Below, one piece after another: positions 46,781 through 59,235 of a stretch of DNA of 64,000 bases (within the stretch, counting starts at the first letter, position 1; the number at the start of each line of letters is the position of its first letter). The translations under genes were made by a program, and so were the position numbers. The notes under the pieces are model-generated. The model saw nothing but the letters and a program-made list of their open reading frames with translations. It did not search any database and was not told where the DNA came from. Source of the stretch: Eukaryota sp. GEM-RC1 (taxonomy: Eukaryota); the NCBI GenBank assembly GCA_040285855.1, contig JAUFOQ010000003.1, positions 558,001 through 622,000 on the forward strand. The letters run 5' to 3'.

Positions 46781-48361
46781 TTAACGGCAAGAAACGATAT
46801 CATCAATTTTCATAATCATACGCACATATTCTACAGCTAAAGAAACAGCCGAAGTTGTTACTAAAAGAGGTTGAAGGACATCAAGCTCCTTCATATCAGA
46901 GACCTTTCCTCGTCTCACATCAACACCAGCATACTTCTGACCCTCAGCATGAGCCTTTCGGAGCTCAGTCAAAGTATTAAGGGCATTCATACCAGCATTC
47001 TCAGCTAAAGTAATAGGAATGACCTCCAAAGCATCAGCAAAAGCTCTCATGCAATGTCCAACCAATCCACTCTCAGTTCTAGCCATCGTATTGAGTCTAA
47101 GTGCACACTCAGTCTCAGCAGCTCCACCTCCAACAAGTAACGCCTTGTTCTTGATAAGAGAACGCACGACACAGAGAGCATCATGAAGAGACCGTTCAGC
47201 TTCAGCAACAACGAGCTTGTTAGAACCACGTACAAGCACTGAAACGGTGGGTCCTCGCTTCATCGTACATCCTGTTACTTCAACAATCTTACCTCCTGGA
47301 GTACTGATCTGTTCAACCAAATCTGCACTGCCCAACTTATCAGAGGTAAAGCTTTCAATTGAAGCAATAGGGAGAGCTCCAGTAGAGCGGGAGATGAAGT
47401 CAATCTCAGTACGTTCAATGTCCTTGATAGCCATTATTCCATGTTTACCAAGGTAATGAACAGCAAGATCATTAACAGCATCCCTTAAGATACTCTTTTG
47501 GATCAGTAAAACGTTACAACCAGTCTTCTTGATGGTCTTGATGAGAGACAAAATGTACTTTCGTTCTTCTCTCAAGACTTTGTCCATTTGTTCGTATTCT
47601 GATACAACAATTGTACTCTCCATGTCAGACTTAGGAGCTGATAGGCAAAACTGGATTAAACCAATCTTAGCGTTCTCAACACGTGTGGTACCTCCAGTTC
47701 TGATTGATCCTTGGGGGAAAACCAAACCTTCGATCAACCGCGTATCCTCGATGGTACCTCCAACCTTGCAGACAACCTTGATGTTGCGGAGGTCAACGTT
47801 GTCGACGATAGCTGGATCAACGACGCTGGTAACAGCCTTGACGGCGAGGGGAGCTAGAATATCAGCTGAGTGAGATACAACTTTCGAGGAGAGGGAAGTT
47901 GTGGCATTGAGTTCGAGAATTGAGTGGTCAGTGAGATCTACGGGGATCGCGAGCTCTTCGATGATTTCAATGGCCTTGCGCCAAGCAATGCCAAAGCCTT
48001 CGAAGATTTGAGCTGCGTGAAGACCTTTTTCAAGAAGACGATGTGCCGATCTTAAAAGGGAACCGGTGAAGACCACAACAGATGTAGTTCCATCACCTGC
48101 TTCAACATCTTGGGACTTAGAGAGATCGATAAGCTTTGATTAGGTGGAGTTATGCGTCAATACCATTCGAGCAGCAGGATGAGAGAGTTCAAGTTGTTGC
48201 ATAATAGTAGCTCCATCGTTGGTAATGGTGACGCCTTCATTAGAATCAATGATCATCTTATCCATTCCACGAGGACCAAGAGAAGTACGAACAAGATCAG
48301 CCACAGCGATAGCACTTAAGATATTGGAGATACGGACGTCCTTTTGTTTAGTTGAAGACAT
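46781..48361 (-). CDS. CCT4: T-complex protein 1 subunit delta
   Basis: [69 protein letters not shown]. One intron. Confidence 0.97.
48134..48163 (-). other. 30-nt spliceosomal intron in CCT4
   Basis: GTATTG...CTAATCAAAG contains an in-frame TAA. Removal gives [15 protein letters not shown]. Confidence 0.9.
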
Positions 48362-48407
48362 GTGATTAGGTTGGTAAAAGTGAAATCTGTCTGGAAGTCT
48401 TCTCTCC

Positions 48408-49448
48408 ATGAAAGGGACCAGCACACAGGTTGACGACCTACAGGTCGACTTACTTCCCATGTCAAACTTCGAAATCTTTGCGGAGTCTGTATCTCCCATA
48501 GTTTCTTTACGCTCTTGCAGTAATGCTCGTCTTGCTGAAACTTCTCAGTGCAAGTCATCCACTCCTTGTGCGTGTGGATGTAGAGTTCCTATTCTTGAAT
48601 GTGAATATTTTCTTCGAGACCTCTGGAGGTTCTATGATTTGCCTTTTGGTCTCGAGGTGCCTATTACTAACAGTACGGTCAACCGTGTACATTTCGTGCC
48701 GTACCTCTCCTCGATACAAATCTTCCTTCATACTGATGCAGTTCCTTCTTTCTCTCACATGATTCCTGAACTTGAAATACCACCTTTTGATGATGTTCAA
48801 CTGGTGCTAGAGTATTTCGAGACAACACAACCTGAAAACAGACTGCCTTTCCCTGAGCAAATCCATGCTCTGTCAGCTTCATGTCCCCTTCTATACGAAG
48901 GGCTGTCGTCCTGTCTACATCCTCGTAGCTGGTTCTCTGTGCTGTGGTGTCCTCTGTTGTGTGATAAACACTCAATACCACTTCTCCGTGGATCTTTCCT
49001 TACCTACCACGGATTCACTTTCCAAGATGACATTCCATTTGGCTGTCTCTGCCAGTCAGGACAATCACGGTCCCCTTATAAGAACCTTCTACAAATGTTC
49101 CCTCTCCCTGCACTTCTCTCTCCAAGTCCCCCGCCTCCACCATCAGCCAACATTAAACACAAAGCCACAAACACACGACCAGTCAAAGTGAAGGGTCCGT
49201 CCTTTGACAAGATACTGAATGTATCTCGATCTTTCCTCCCACCACCTTGTTTTCTGTCCAATCGTCTGTTTCCCTTTGGAATACTACCGTATAAGATACA
49301 CAAGCCAACGTGGTATTGGGCTGAACAAGCTGTGAGTGCTTGGGAAGAGGCTTTGCTGCAGAATCCCGAGGATTTCATTATGATGTTTCAAATTGAACAT
49401 CATGATTATAATCATATATTGCGCCAGTCGCTATCTCGGCAAATGTGA
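48408..49448 (+). CDS. DUF789-family protein
   Basis: [56 protein letters not shown] and HHDY follow DUF789 block order. Confidence 0.82.
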   Translation: MKGTSTQVDDLQVDLLPMSNFEIFAESVSPIVSLRSCSNARLAETSQCKSSTPCACGCRVPILECEYFLRDLWRFYDLPFGLEVPITNSTVNRVHFVPYLSSIQIFLHTDAVPSFSHMIPELEIPPFDDVQLVLEYFETTQPENRLPFPEQIHALSASCPLLYEGLSSCLHPRSWFSVLWCPLLCDKHSIPLLRGSFLTYHGFTFQDDIPFGCLCQSGQSRSPYKNLLQMFPLPALLSPSPPPPPSANIKHKATNTRPVKVKGPSFDKILNVSRSFLPPPCFLSNRLFPFGILPYKIHKPTWYWAEQAVSAWEEALLQNPEDFIMMFQIEHHDYNHILRQSLSRQM

Positions 49449-49546
49449 TATTTAAATGTTTATTTCTTCATTATTTTATTTTAGTATTTTTTTTTCTTGT
49501 TTTGCAATGTAGCAGTAATTAAATAAATTGTTACATTATTTTAAAA

Positions 49547-50059
49547 TTATTCAAATTCGCTTGCTGATTCTATTGGAGGTTCCATTTGGTAATACGTTTG
49601 CTGCAGATATTCCATGTGTCTGCGCATTCTAAAAGCAATAAATCCAAACCCTGAGGTAGCTAGAGGTGCAACTACGAGTAGAAACTTAGATGAAAAGAAC
49701 CAGAATTCTGATTCTTCACTGGCTAATAGCAAGAATATGAGTAGGTTTGCCAGACCGTACATTGAAAGACAGAAAAACATGAGACATCCGACTCCTACAT
49801 GTTTAAACAGAACACCTGTGGAGACAAGTCCAGCAATCAGTATGACTGAATTATCAAGAATAGTATGTGTGGAATGATCGTGTCGGTGAACGATTCGAGA
49901 AATGAAGACGAATAGGAGGAAAGCAGAAAAGACTATGGAACAAACTCTGGAAGCTACTATAGCAGAGTTAGCTATACGAGACTTCTTCACGAGTAATCTG
50001 TGAATAACTCCTGGATCTTCCAGTAGTCCATAATTAGGTCTGAATGATGGAAGGGGCAT
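49547..50059 (-). CDS. Hypothetical four-TM membrane protein
   Basis: 170-aa ATG-TAA ORF with four hydrophobic segments. Confidence 0.65.
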   Translation of the reverse strand: MPLPSFRPNYGLLEDPGVIHRLLVKKSRIANSAIVASRVCSIVFSAFLLFVFISRIVHRHDHSTHTILDNSVILIAGLVSTGVLFKHVGVGCLMFFCLSMYGLANLLIFLLLASEESEFWFFSSKFLLVVAPLATSGFGFIAFRMRRHMEYLQQTYYQMEPPIESASEFE

Positions 50060-50562
50060 AGATCAATTCAATTAAAAGTCAGAAATCTCTTAAATTCTTC
50101 TGAATATTGACCGATTTAACTCATTTAACTCTAATGAAGTAAGGTAGGGGTATGTAAATGCTTTCAATCGTATCAGTTATTTGAAAAGTGTATCTCTGAA
50201 AACTTTGGCCATTGTAAGTAGTATAATAGAAAGAAACGCATTTTATTTACAATTCCAAATGAACAATACCGTCAAGATAAACAAAATTTACTACACGTGG
50301 TGCGTTGTAAAAGTCCTAACTCAATCATCCATCATTTATTTATAGAACTAGACTTTATAGACTATATCCCAAATTGAACAAATTCAGAATTTCTTGTACA
50401 GTATCGGTACAAACATGGTTCCAATGCGAGTACACAATAGACAACAAACTTGAATTGTTTGCTTTAATAAAATAAAACAATTCACACTATTACTCTGGAA
50501 GAATAGACGTGTGACTGAAAATCAGTATCAAAATTGGCTTGGCCCTTGATTTCCAAATACTA

Positions 50563-51129
50563 CACTGGTTTGTCTAATTAGTCTCACTGAGACTAATTTG
50601 CAAGGAAAGTTTTCATCATCAATTTTAGAATTAGTCTCACTGAGACTATTTATCTGATGAGACTAATTCAAAAGGTGAGACTAATTTCAAGACTACTTTA
50701 CCTTTGCTGATTACTATTCATTACGAAAACCTATTGATCATTGATAATATGATTCCCATAAAAACACTCCGAATATTTTCCATTATGGTCTTCAAAAACA
50801 AAGTACATTTGAGTGATGCTTATTTGCTAAAACTGAGTCCACGTGTAACTACAGCTTATCTAGTCCGTAATACCATCAGAATTCCAATTATCGTCGTCGG
50901 AAATACCAACAGCAGGGTTGTGAGGTCGAGGGATGCGTGCTTAAACGGAAACAGACACTGAAAGAATCGGTCATGAAGAGATATGTGAATAGTCCTTTCA
51001 GATAAGACATAGTAAAAACAAAAAATAATAGAAATATACACAGAGTTTATTTGGATTATAGTCTCACTGACAAAATTTAAAGGTCAATTTTAGAATTAGT
51101 CTCACTGAGACTAATTAGACAAACCAGTG
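50563..51129. mobile_element. TA-flanked MITE with GAGACT palindromes (567 bp)
   Basis: About 36-bp TIR CACTGGTTTGTCTAATTAGTCTCA.TGAGACTAATT, with TA on both sides. Confidence 0.9.
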
Positions 51130-51302
51130 TAGTTACCCGAAACCTTAAGCATTGAATCAAATAGAAGAGAAATACCTCACCGAAGCGTTTGCAGCACAAG
51201 AGGGACTAGAGTTCATAAAAAAAGGAACGTTGCTTTATTAATTGATTGCTTTCAATTTCAGGACAAACATATTTTTATTGTATAAGCGATGTGACGTCTT
51301 TG

Positions 51303-52027
51303 CAGTGATGCGAAAAAATGAATTTAATTATAATTAATTGAATTAATTGCCTTAGAATTAATTAATTCCAGTAGTTTAGAATTAGAATTAATTAATTGTT
51401 ACACCTTAGAATTAAAATTAATTAACGGCAATTATTGGAATTAATTTTATAATTCCCTTTTCTTCACCTTATGTCGTCTTCTCCAACTCCCAAAGAGATA
51501 GCCTTGTTCTTTTTTACCTTGGTTGAACCACAACCCGATGTTCCTGATGGAAATCCTATTAACTCATGTCTTTATCAATGTAAAAGGTGAGACTTTACGA
51601 CCTGGATTGCTAAAGGCTATCAAATCTTAGCACAACATGCACTAGACTTATCATTTATTCCATCAACTTCTAACCAGGTGGAAAGACTATTCAGTGGTGC
51701 AAAATTCACTTTTGGTATTTCTTCTTATTTATCTAATTATAGGGCAGCTGAGAGGACGTTTACAATCAAAAACGTTAGAGAAACAATTGTTTCTTTTATA
51801 CAACACTGATTCTTGGAACTTGGATTTAGTCAAATCAATTGTGAGTAAGAACCCTCATAAGACAACAGGATTAAATTCGGCCGAGCTTGTTATAGATGTC
51901 GATTCAGAATGATAGTATGTTGATTGTTGTCGTATGGTAATAAAGAATTAATAATTTAATTTAAATTAATTAATTGTTGGCCTGTAGAATTAATAATTTA
52001 ATTTAAATTAATTTTTTCGCATCACTG
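51303..52027 (+). mobile_element. Internally deleted hAT element (725 bp)
   Basis: 17-bp TIR CAGTGATGCGAAAAAAT, perfect TSD CGTCTTTG and AATTA arrays. The transposase N-terminus (MSSSPTPKEIALFFFT..) is fused to its C-terminus (DLSFIPSTSNQVERLFS). Confidence 0.93.
51715..51742 (+). other. 28-nt intron inside the hAT transposase remnant
   Basis: GTATTT...CTAATTATAG. Removal gives ERLFSGAKFTFGQLRGRLQSKTLE, colinear with the other two hAT transposases. Confidence 0.8.
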
Positions 52028-52570
52028 CGTCTTTGTGCAAATTTCGTATGCAACACATGTATTTGGAAAGGAAATCAAAAAGCAGTATTGGATTGCAAAA
52101 CCTGGACAACCACAATCGAATCATCTGTACATACAAAATTGATCTTATCATTGAATTCAACTAATCTTGTGTGGACTGTGACATACTAATATGCTTGCAC
52201 CATTTAACTATAGCAATTCAATGAATACGTAATTTGTATTGTACGGTTTGACGATCACTGGTACTTACTGGTGACATGAAATATCGAAAAGATGATTGAA
52301 AACAAAATACAAGGACTTCAAAACTATACTAAAGCCCTTGGCTAACATTGAGACCAGAAACAAGTGCACCATCGTCCATATATATCCAAATGGTTTCAGC
52401 AAATGAATTGATTCGTAGTTCAAACATGTGATCTGTTATATTGCAGACTCTTGTTTGTGGGTTTCTCTCTCTTCACAAAATGGTCAGCTATGTTCCAAGA
52501 TCAGCTTCACCCGACAACAGCTCTATCTGCTTAATAAATAGTTAATAATCACTCTCAGTATACTTACAGG

Positions 52571-53240
52571 CAGGGGTGGGAAAACAATATTTCAATAAAT
52601 ATAAACATATTTTAGCCACAAAATAAATATTGCAATTCTGAAATAGTGCCAACAAATATTACAATTCTTCAACTAGTATTGCAATATTTCAATATTGCAA
52701 CAATATGAATCATATTATGAATTTATTACAAAACCCACATATTCTAATGTTCATCATCATCAGAAAAACCCAAAATAATCTCAAAACCATGGTCTACATC
52801 TTCGATTGTTTTACTGCTCACGATATGTGTTACAGTAGCTTCATCCCAAAAAGCACTGTTTTCTTTCATCATTACATGTATTTGCATTTCAAGACTTGAG
52901 GGCATCAGAAGAAACAATTTACATTGTGGTTCAGTAGACATTCGAACTGAGCTCAAATGACAGACATTATGATAATACAGCAACTAGAAATCATTACCGA
53001 TAAATCAACTCTCACTATAGTTAAACATATAAGACAACACAACGGGTTTCCAGAGTCCAAATGGTGAAGTAAAACGACGAAATGCACAACTAAAAGTATA
53101 TTAGCAATATTGCAAATATTGCAATACAGATATTGTAACGGGCAATAAAATCCATAAATGTATGGTATACTCATGAACCAGAATTCATGAATATATTGCA
53201 ACATTGAAAACGTGCAATACATGTTGCAATATATTTTTCG
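52571..53240 (-). mobile_element. Degenerate hAT remnant
   Basis: CAGGGGTGGGAAAACAATATT end and GCAATA arrays at both ends. The minus strand reads ..PSSLEMQIHVMMKENSAFWDEATV (hAT C-terminus). The other end is eroded. Confidence 0.6.
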
Positions 53241-53341
53241 AAATAAATAAATAGTATGAGATCAATAGTAGAAATTGCTCATTATTTGCAAGAGTCGAAA
53301 GAGAGAAGCTAACCCACAGTCCTCTACTAAGTACATTGTAG

Positions 53342-55636
53342 CATACTGGGAAAATACAGTCACTCCCTGAAAAAAAATACAGAAAATACAGAAAATACAG
53401 AAAAATACACTTAATACAGAAAAATACAAAATAACTCGACCTTAGACAATTTTCGCAAAAGTCAGGGTGAGAACTTGTTCTGTTTAAAAATGACAATGAC
53501 TAAAATTATATGGGTTTCACAACCAAACTAAACATAGCAAAACAGCAAAAATACCTGAACAAATACCAGGAAGCCATTATTTAGTTTGCCGTCTTTTCTG
53601 AGCAGCTGCCTGTCCAACACACTTTTTGAACCATTCCACAGGGGGGAGATTCCCCAAAAACACGGGTTATTTTTCATCATCAGACGAGTTTGTGACAACA
53701 ACATATAGTACATTCATCAAGAAGAACTACTGTACTTGCAATTTATCTTCCAAGAAAACACAGTTACATATGCTATCTTCATTTTCATCAAGAACAGCTT
53801 CGTTTTCGAGAAGAAGTACATCAACACGAGATCTTTGACCATCCTATATGTGCATACTCATACCTATATTGGTAGTTAAAACAAGTTAAACACTAGTGTT
53901 ACCTGTTTTGTAAAGTTGATGCAAATTGCAGGTCTAGAGAACAATCCAATGTTGCGTGTGAAGGACATTTCGGCCTTTTTGACTTTTTAATGGTCAAGAT
54001 AAGACCAATTGTAGTCTAGTATGGTTCAAAATTACAACCAACACGTAGATATAGAGAAAATTGAACAGTACATCTTTATGCAAAAATTGTTCTGGTACCA
54101 TTTTTCCGGGAAAATTAATCATTTTTTTACGTTCATTAGACTATTCCCTCACTGGAAACATTTGCCAAGAAATTTAATTCTATTAGAACAATTTTTTTCT
54201 CTAATTTGGCGGAAATTGATGAGTCTAAGATTCCATTTCATGCTTTTTATTCTTCTGAATTCGCAGGAGTAGGTTTCACCCATGCAAAAATCATTAGAAA
54301 ATCTGCTCTTTTAGGAGGTGTTAAGAAGTTTATGTTTGAATTTTTGAAACGGTTTCCCTTGGATGGAATCAATCTGTTGAATTCCAGTAATTGCCGTTGG
54401 ATTCAATCTGCTAAAGATTTGGTATCATCCTTGTCTCCTGAAATGTGGGAATCTTTGTTCCCTGCTCATTTGAAAGAGATTCCTTTAGAAAATATTTCAT
54501 CTCTACCGTCTGCTGTATGTAAGCTGTAAAATAAATTGCCAAGGAGTTTGAACTCTTGGACTTTAATAATCGTATTAGCTTGTCTAAAACTAATAGTCCC
54601 GAGTTCGCTGCTTTTTTAATTGATCTTTGTAGTAGTTGACCTTCCGGATTTATTTCTCAAATTCCAAAGGTGTATGGATTACATCTATCTGATCAAGCTT
54701 GGATGATCAATATGCGTCTTCGTTTGGCTATTTGGCCTGCAAATTTATTGAACTATTCAACTTGCTCTTGTGGAGCTAATGGTGTTTTTCGTCATTTAAT
54801 TAATTGTCGTTATTTTATTCATCTACGTGCAGTAATTCATGATGGTGTACGTGATTCTTGTTATTCCATGTTTAAAGCACATGATTTTCACTCTAAAGTT
54901 GAACCAGTTTTGAATCATCTTTCAGAAAATGAATTTACTGATCAAAAAAGAGGGGATCTACATACTCCGTGGCTTAAATCGAGTCAATCATTAATGGATT
55001 TTACTACAGTAGATGTATGTAACAAATCTTGTGTTAGTAGGATATTAGATTCTTCTTTTAACCCGTTAACAGCTGCTGAAAAGCTCAAACACTCCAAGTA
55101 TGATCTTCAAGTTGAAGAATTAAATAGAAACTCATATTCCAAATTTGTGTTTCAACCTTTTGCTGTTTCTCTTTCTGGATCTATTAGTCCTGCTGGTGAT
55201 CAATTTTTCAAGGATTTCGAAGAATTGTGTAAAGAAAAGAAGCGTAAGTTTAGAATGGCTGAATGGAAAAACCGTATTGTGTTTTCCATATATCGGAATA
55301 TGCCTTTCTATTTCTCTAGATTAATTGAGAAGTTGTACAAGTTTGGTGTGAAGGTTAATGTTGATAAACGTAATCTTTTACCGGGTGGTGATGAAGTCGT
55401 TTGGATTTAATCTTAGTATTATTTGTTTGTTTTTACAATTTCATAGTTTGTAGGAAGGTTACCTTATTGGGTGCGGAATAAATTCTCCCTTTTAGCCATA
55501 AAAGTACAGTAAATACAGTATTAATTCAGCTTGAAAAAACACAAAAAACACAGTATTTATCGAGTCTTAGAAAATACAAAAAATACTGAAAATACAAAAA
55601 TACAAAAAAATAAAGTATTTGTATTGTCCAAGTATG
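53342..55636. mobile_element. Non-autonomous hAT element carrying a CRE retrotransposon fragment
   Basis: TIR CATACT(G/T)GGA(A/C)AATACA, TSD CATTGTAG/CATTCTAG (7/8) and AAATAC subterminal arrays. Confidence 0.85.
54190..55480 (+). mobile_element. 5'-truncated CRE-like retrotransposon (RT thumb, CCHC, RLE, 3' UTR)
   Basis: FAGVGF, MRLRLAIWP, CSCG..HLINC, HDGVRD, KVEP, RGDL, MDFTTVD, AEKLKHSKY, PFAVSLSG. Stops and frameshifts upstream of 54670. Confidence 0.9.
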
Positions 55637-55716
55637 CATTCTAGATTCTAGATTGTAGAACAACTGAATTCTTTCCTCTCAACTCGTTCACTTCACTTAC
55701 TCTGATCGTTGATATT

Positions 55717-57156
55717 GTGAATGACACCTACAGACCAATTCTTCTTTTCCACAACTATACTCCGGTTATTCGACCCAAGTCTGAAAGTCCTTCTCCTTCC
55801 CATTCACCTAGTAAATCAGAACCAATTATGGATAATCGAACCACTTCTGTCAACGATTTTGCTGCAGCTAAACCTCCACAGAAACCAAGGACTGCTTGCA
55901 CAACAGTCGGAACACCTCGACGATCCAATATCTCACTACAATCTCGAAACAAAGTCTTCGACTTATCCCAGAAAGTAGTTTCCAGACCCGCTTCAGTTGC
56001 ATCTTCCAACGAACTCTTCTCAATACAACGACCTCGTTCTGCACGTCAACCTGGTCTTCTTTCCACCCCAATCACTCGCAGATCTGCTTCCCCATCCTTA
56101 ATATCCTTCTCATCTCCCACTGAAAAGGGAAAACCTCCTCTAGATCTTAACACTCGCCTTCCCACCAATGACTTCTTTTCTGGACCCACTCTATGCCCTT
56201 CTCCTTCCAGTCCTGCTACTAACCAAACCAATGCTGGTTGCTTCGCCAGATTCACTTCCCCCAAGCCCCCAAAACCTTCTTCCATGGCTTTTGCTCCCAC
56301 ACACCCTCGACCTCCTCAACCTGCATCATTGTCAAAACCACCTAGTGCTGTCCCTGTTGAAGCCCTCTCTAGTGATAGTGAAGATGATGCTGAGATCGAA
56401 AGAGAGTTGGCTAATACCAGACAGCGAATGCTATCAGAAATGATTGAGACCTCTCCTGTGATTGTGTCTCCAGTTGCTAGTCAGAATACCATGCCAGATG
56501 ATGAGTTTATAGTAGAAGATGATGATGAGGAAGCTGATGTGGATAAGTATCTTGAGTCTGAGAACGAGGATGTTATTGTTCCTAATGGAGATACTCTTGT
56601 AGTGGAAGAGGTTGTGGACGATGAGTCTGAAGAGGAAGTGGTTCAGGAAGAACAAGTAGTTGTAGTAGAACAGGATCAGGAAGAAGTAGAACTAAATGGC
56701 AACTCTGTTAGTAATGATGAATCAGCGAAGGAAGAGCCAACGTCGGCTGATTACATGTTTGCCAATCAGCATTTGATTGATGATGTGAGTGAAGATGATC
56801 TCGTCATTGGCAATCACGATGATTTTGATAGAGTTGCTACACCTTCTTATCCTGATTCGTCTCTATTGTCGTTTGTTCTATCACCTGGACGAGGTGCTAG
56901 GTGTCCAAAGTTGGATATGAGCAGACCGCCACGTGATCAATCAGATTATGATGTGATTGAATCTGACTGGGTCAAATCTGTTCTGTCAAAGGTCAAAATT
57001 GAGCCCAAACTTCCACCCACGCGATCTGTTCAATCTGTACAGTTTAGGCATTATTCTAGTGCACCAGTTTCACCGATTCAGAAAATGCTGGAGTCTGATT
57101 TGATGGAAAGAAACCTGCCTAAAACGGAAGATATGCCATCGCTGTATTTCCGATAG
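55717..57156 (+). CDS. Hypothetical low-complexity protein (Ser/Pro-rich N-half, acidic middle)
   Basis: 479-codon ORF with uncertain start (GTG 55717 or ATG 55828). No recognisable domain. Confidence 0.7.
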   Translation: MNDTYRPILLFHNYTPVIRPKSESPSPSHSPSKSEPIMDNRTTSVNDFAAAKPPQKPRTACTTVGTPRRSNISLQSRNKVFDLSQKVVSRPASVASSNELFSIQRPRSARQPGLLSTPITRRSASPSLISFSSPTEKGKPPLDLNTRLPTNDFFSGPTLCPSPSSPATNQTNAGCFARFTSPKPPKPSSMAFAPTHPRPPQPASLSKPPSAVPVEALSSDSEDDAEIERELANTRQRMLSEMIETSPVIVSPVASQNTMPDDEFIVEDDDEEADVDKYLESENEDVIVPNGDTLVVEEVVDDESEEEVVQEEQVVVVEQDQEEVELNGNSVSNDESAKEEPTSADYMFANQHLIDDVSEDDLVIGNHDDFDRVATPSYPDSSLLSFVLSPGRGARCPKLDMSRPPRDQSDYDVIESDWVKSVLSKVKIEPKLPPTRSVQSVQFRHYSSAPVSPIQKMLESDLMERNLPKTEDMPSLYFR

Positions 57157-57604
57157 TTTTGAAGGTGTTTAGTATATATTTGTATTAACATTTTCTGTGT
57201 ATTTTATGACGATTTTTAAATTAATATAAATGTTGTGTACAATATTTAGAAATAAACTCACTTTGTGTACTGGAAACAATCACACAACAAGAAACTAAAC
57301 ACACATTAAGACTGTTTTGTGTTAGAACATAATTGAAGACTCTTTGGTTAAATTTCTCAAAAAGTAAATTAGAATTGCTTTTTCCAGGGTACCTCCAACA
57401 TTCAAGGAATGTGTCACATTCTCGGATGTGTTGATAACCCTAACCCTTTATTTTTCGGTGTTTTCTGGGCCTGTCTTTTGACCATAACTCAAAAGTTGGT
57501 TCACTTCCTGTTGGAGGCGACTTCGGTCTACAGGATTCCGTATCCGCACCCTGGAGAAGGCACTTAATATAATAACTGTTGTTTTCTTCCATCATAATTT
57601 GTCA

Positions 57605-58651
57605 ATGTCACCTTTTCGATGCATTTCGAAATAGAGTATCTGGATTCTCTTCAGCACTTAGAGACTTTGTACAGGAGAGCCACTTTAAGGAGACTGCAGC
57701 GGCTCCCAAATACCCCATCATTACTCCTGGATGATGTGAAGTCAGTGTATTCGATCTCCACAACGTCTACACCTGGGCAAATCGTTGTGACTTGTGGTGA
57801 CCATCGATGTTATCTCCTCTCCCCCTTTGCTTCCCCCAGTTTCTCCCTTCGTAATTTTTCTCCGCATCATCGATCAGCGCTATTTTCCTGCTACAACAGT
57901 TCTACCCCTGAAATCGCTACTGCTGATGTAACCGGTTCCATTGTTGTCACCAATACTGATACTCTTGTGTCTCACCATTTGAACATTGAAACTATCCCTC
58001 GATGTTTATATTTTCTGAACAATTCTCAATTACTTCTTATTGTCACCCGTGTTAAAATCATCTTATGGGCCTACTCAAAGGGAACTCATACCCGTCTTCC
58101 ACTTCTTCATTGTCTATCTAGTTGTACTTCTGTCTCTGCTACCACCACTGACCTGTACATCATTCTTTCCAGTGTCAATTGGGTCCTCTCTAAAAGTTTT
58201 TTACCTTCCATTAGACTTTTCTGAGGCTAGTTCATGGGAACTCTTTTATCAGAATCAGTGCTCTAAGACAGCGTTCCCGCCTTTCAAATTTATTAACAAC
58301 TCACGACTTGTATTCTTTGATGATCAAGATGTTCTTATGTCCGTGTCTCTGTCTGTTCGACAATCAGCTCAAACTGTCATTTATCACTTTAACGTCAATG
58401 AAATCTGTGATTTAGGCAGTGCTGGATTCATCTCTACCTTAAAGGAAGTACCCTCTATTTTAGTTGTTGGTTTCGCCCTTGCTCCATCGCTTTCATTACC
58501 CCGGAAATGCACACGTATTGTCGTCTTAGATATCTCTACTGGAGAAGTTGTTTGGATACAGGATTTCCGTGGTACTGTTAATTGCGCTCAGATAATGGTT
58601 GGTGGTGCTCTTTTGTTGGGTTTTGCTGATGGAAAGCTGCTCATGATGTGA
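57605..58651 (+). CDS. WD40 beta-propeller protein, AMBRA1/DCAF-like
   Basis: LLDDVKSVYSIS..VVTCGDH..PHHRSA..IATADVTGSI (cf. AMBRA1-family LPDSPRSTF..STHGDH..GHRRTP..ASG.LD..V) and a C-terminal VNCAQI..LLLGFADGKL. Needs two or three homopolymer frame corrections. Confidence 0.55.
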
Positions 58652-58887
58652 CACTCGTGGTACTAGAATTAGAAACTCCAACTAAAACTCACTTTTTGAA
58701 ATAGTTCCCTCCAACTATGATAGCTTCTACATCAGCACTAGAATGTCATACAAATAGAGGGAACATTTGCACTGTATTATATTGTTAATGTAATTTTATT
58801 TATGTTTTTTCAATATTGTAAATCGGATATCTTTTTGGTTTATAAATCTGAATTACGAAGTTTGTTTGTATTCAACCTTGCAAATTT

Positions 58888-59235
58888 ATGAGTCGAAAGC
58901 TAGACGATAAACTAAGACAACACTTTCATCTGGAAGGAGATGACGAGGCAAAGTTTACCCAAGAGAGCGAGATTTGCCATACTGTTCCAGAAGGCATCAC
59001 TGTAACTGAAATGGAAACAGGAGAAGCTGAAGAGACTACGCAGACATTGTTCCAACCAATTTTTAGAACTCGAATTGTACATGAACCAATGGAACGTATC
59101 ACTAGGACGGATCAACCTCTTTCAGCAGAAGTAGGGGATGAAATGACTGAGGTTGTTACTCAACCCAGTAAACGAGTACCACGAGGATCTACTCAGAAGC
59201 TGATCGAAGAAGAACATAGAAGACGAGAAATGTAG
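58888..59235 (+). CDS. Hypothetical 115-aa Glu/Thr-rich protein
   Basis: ATG-TAG ORF with coding-like composition in AT-rich surroundings. Confidence 0.55.
   Translation: MSRKLDDKLRQHFHLEGDDEAKFTQESEICHTVPEGITVTEMETGEAEETTQTLFQPIFRTRIVHEPMERITRTDQPLSAEVGDEMTEVVTQPSKRVPRGSTQKLIEEEHRRREM

Noticed and set aside
57435..57447. Telomeric TAACCC repeat
   Set aside because: Only two units, which is compatible with chance.
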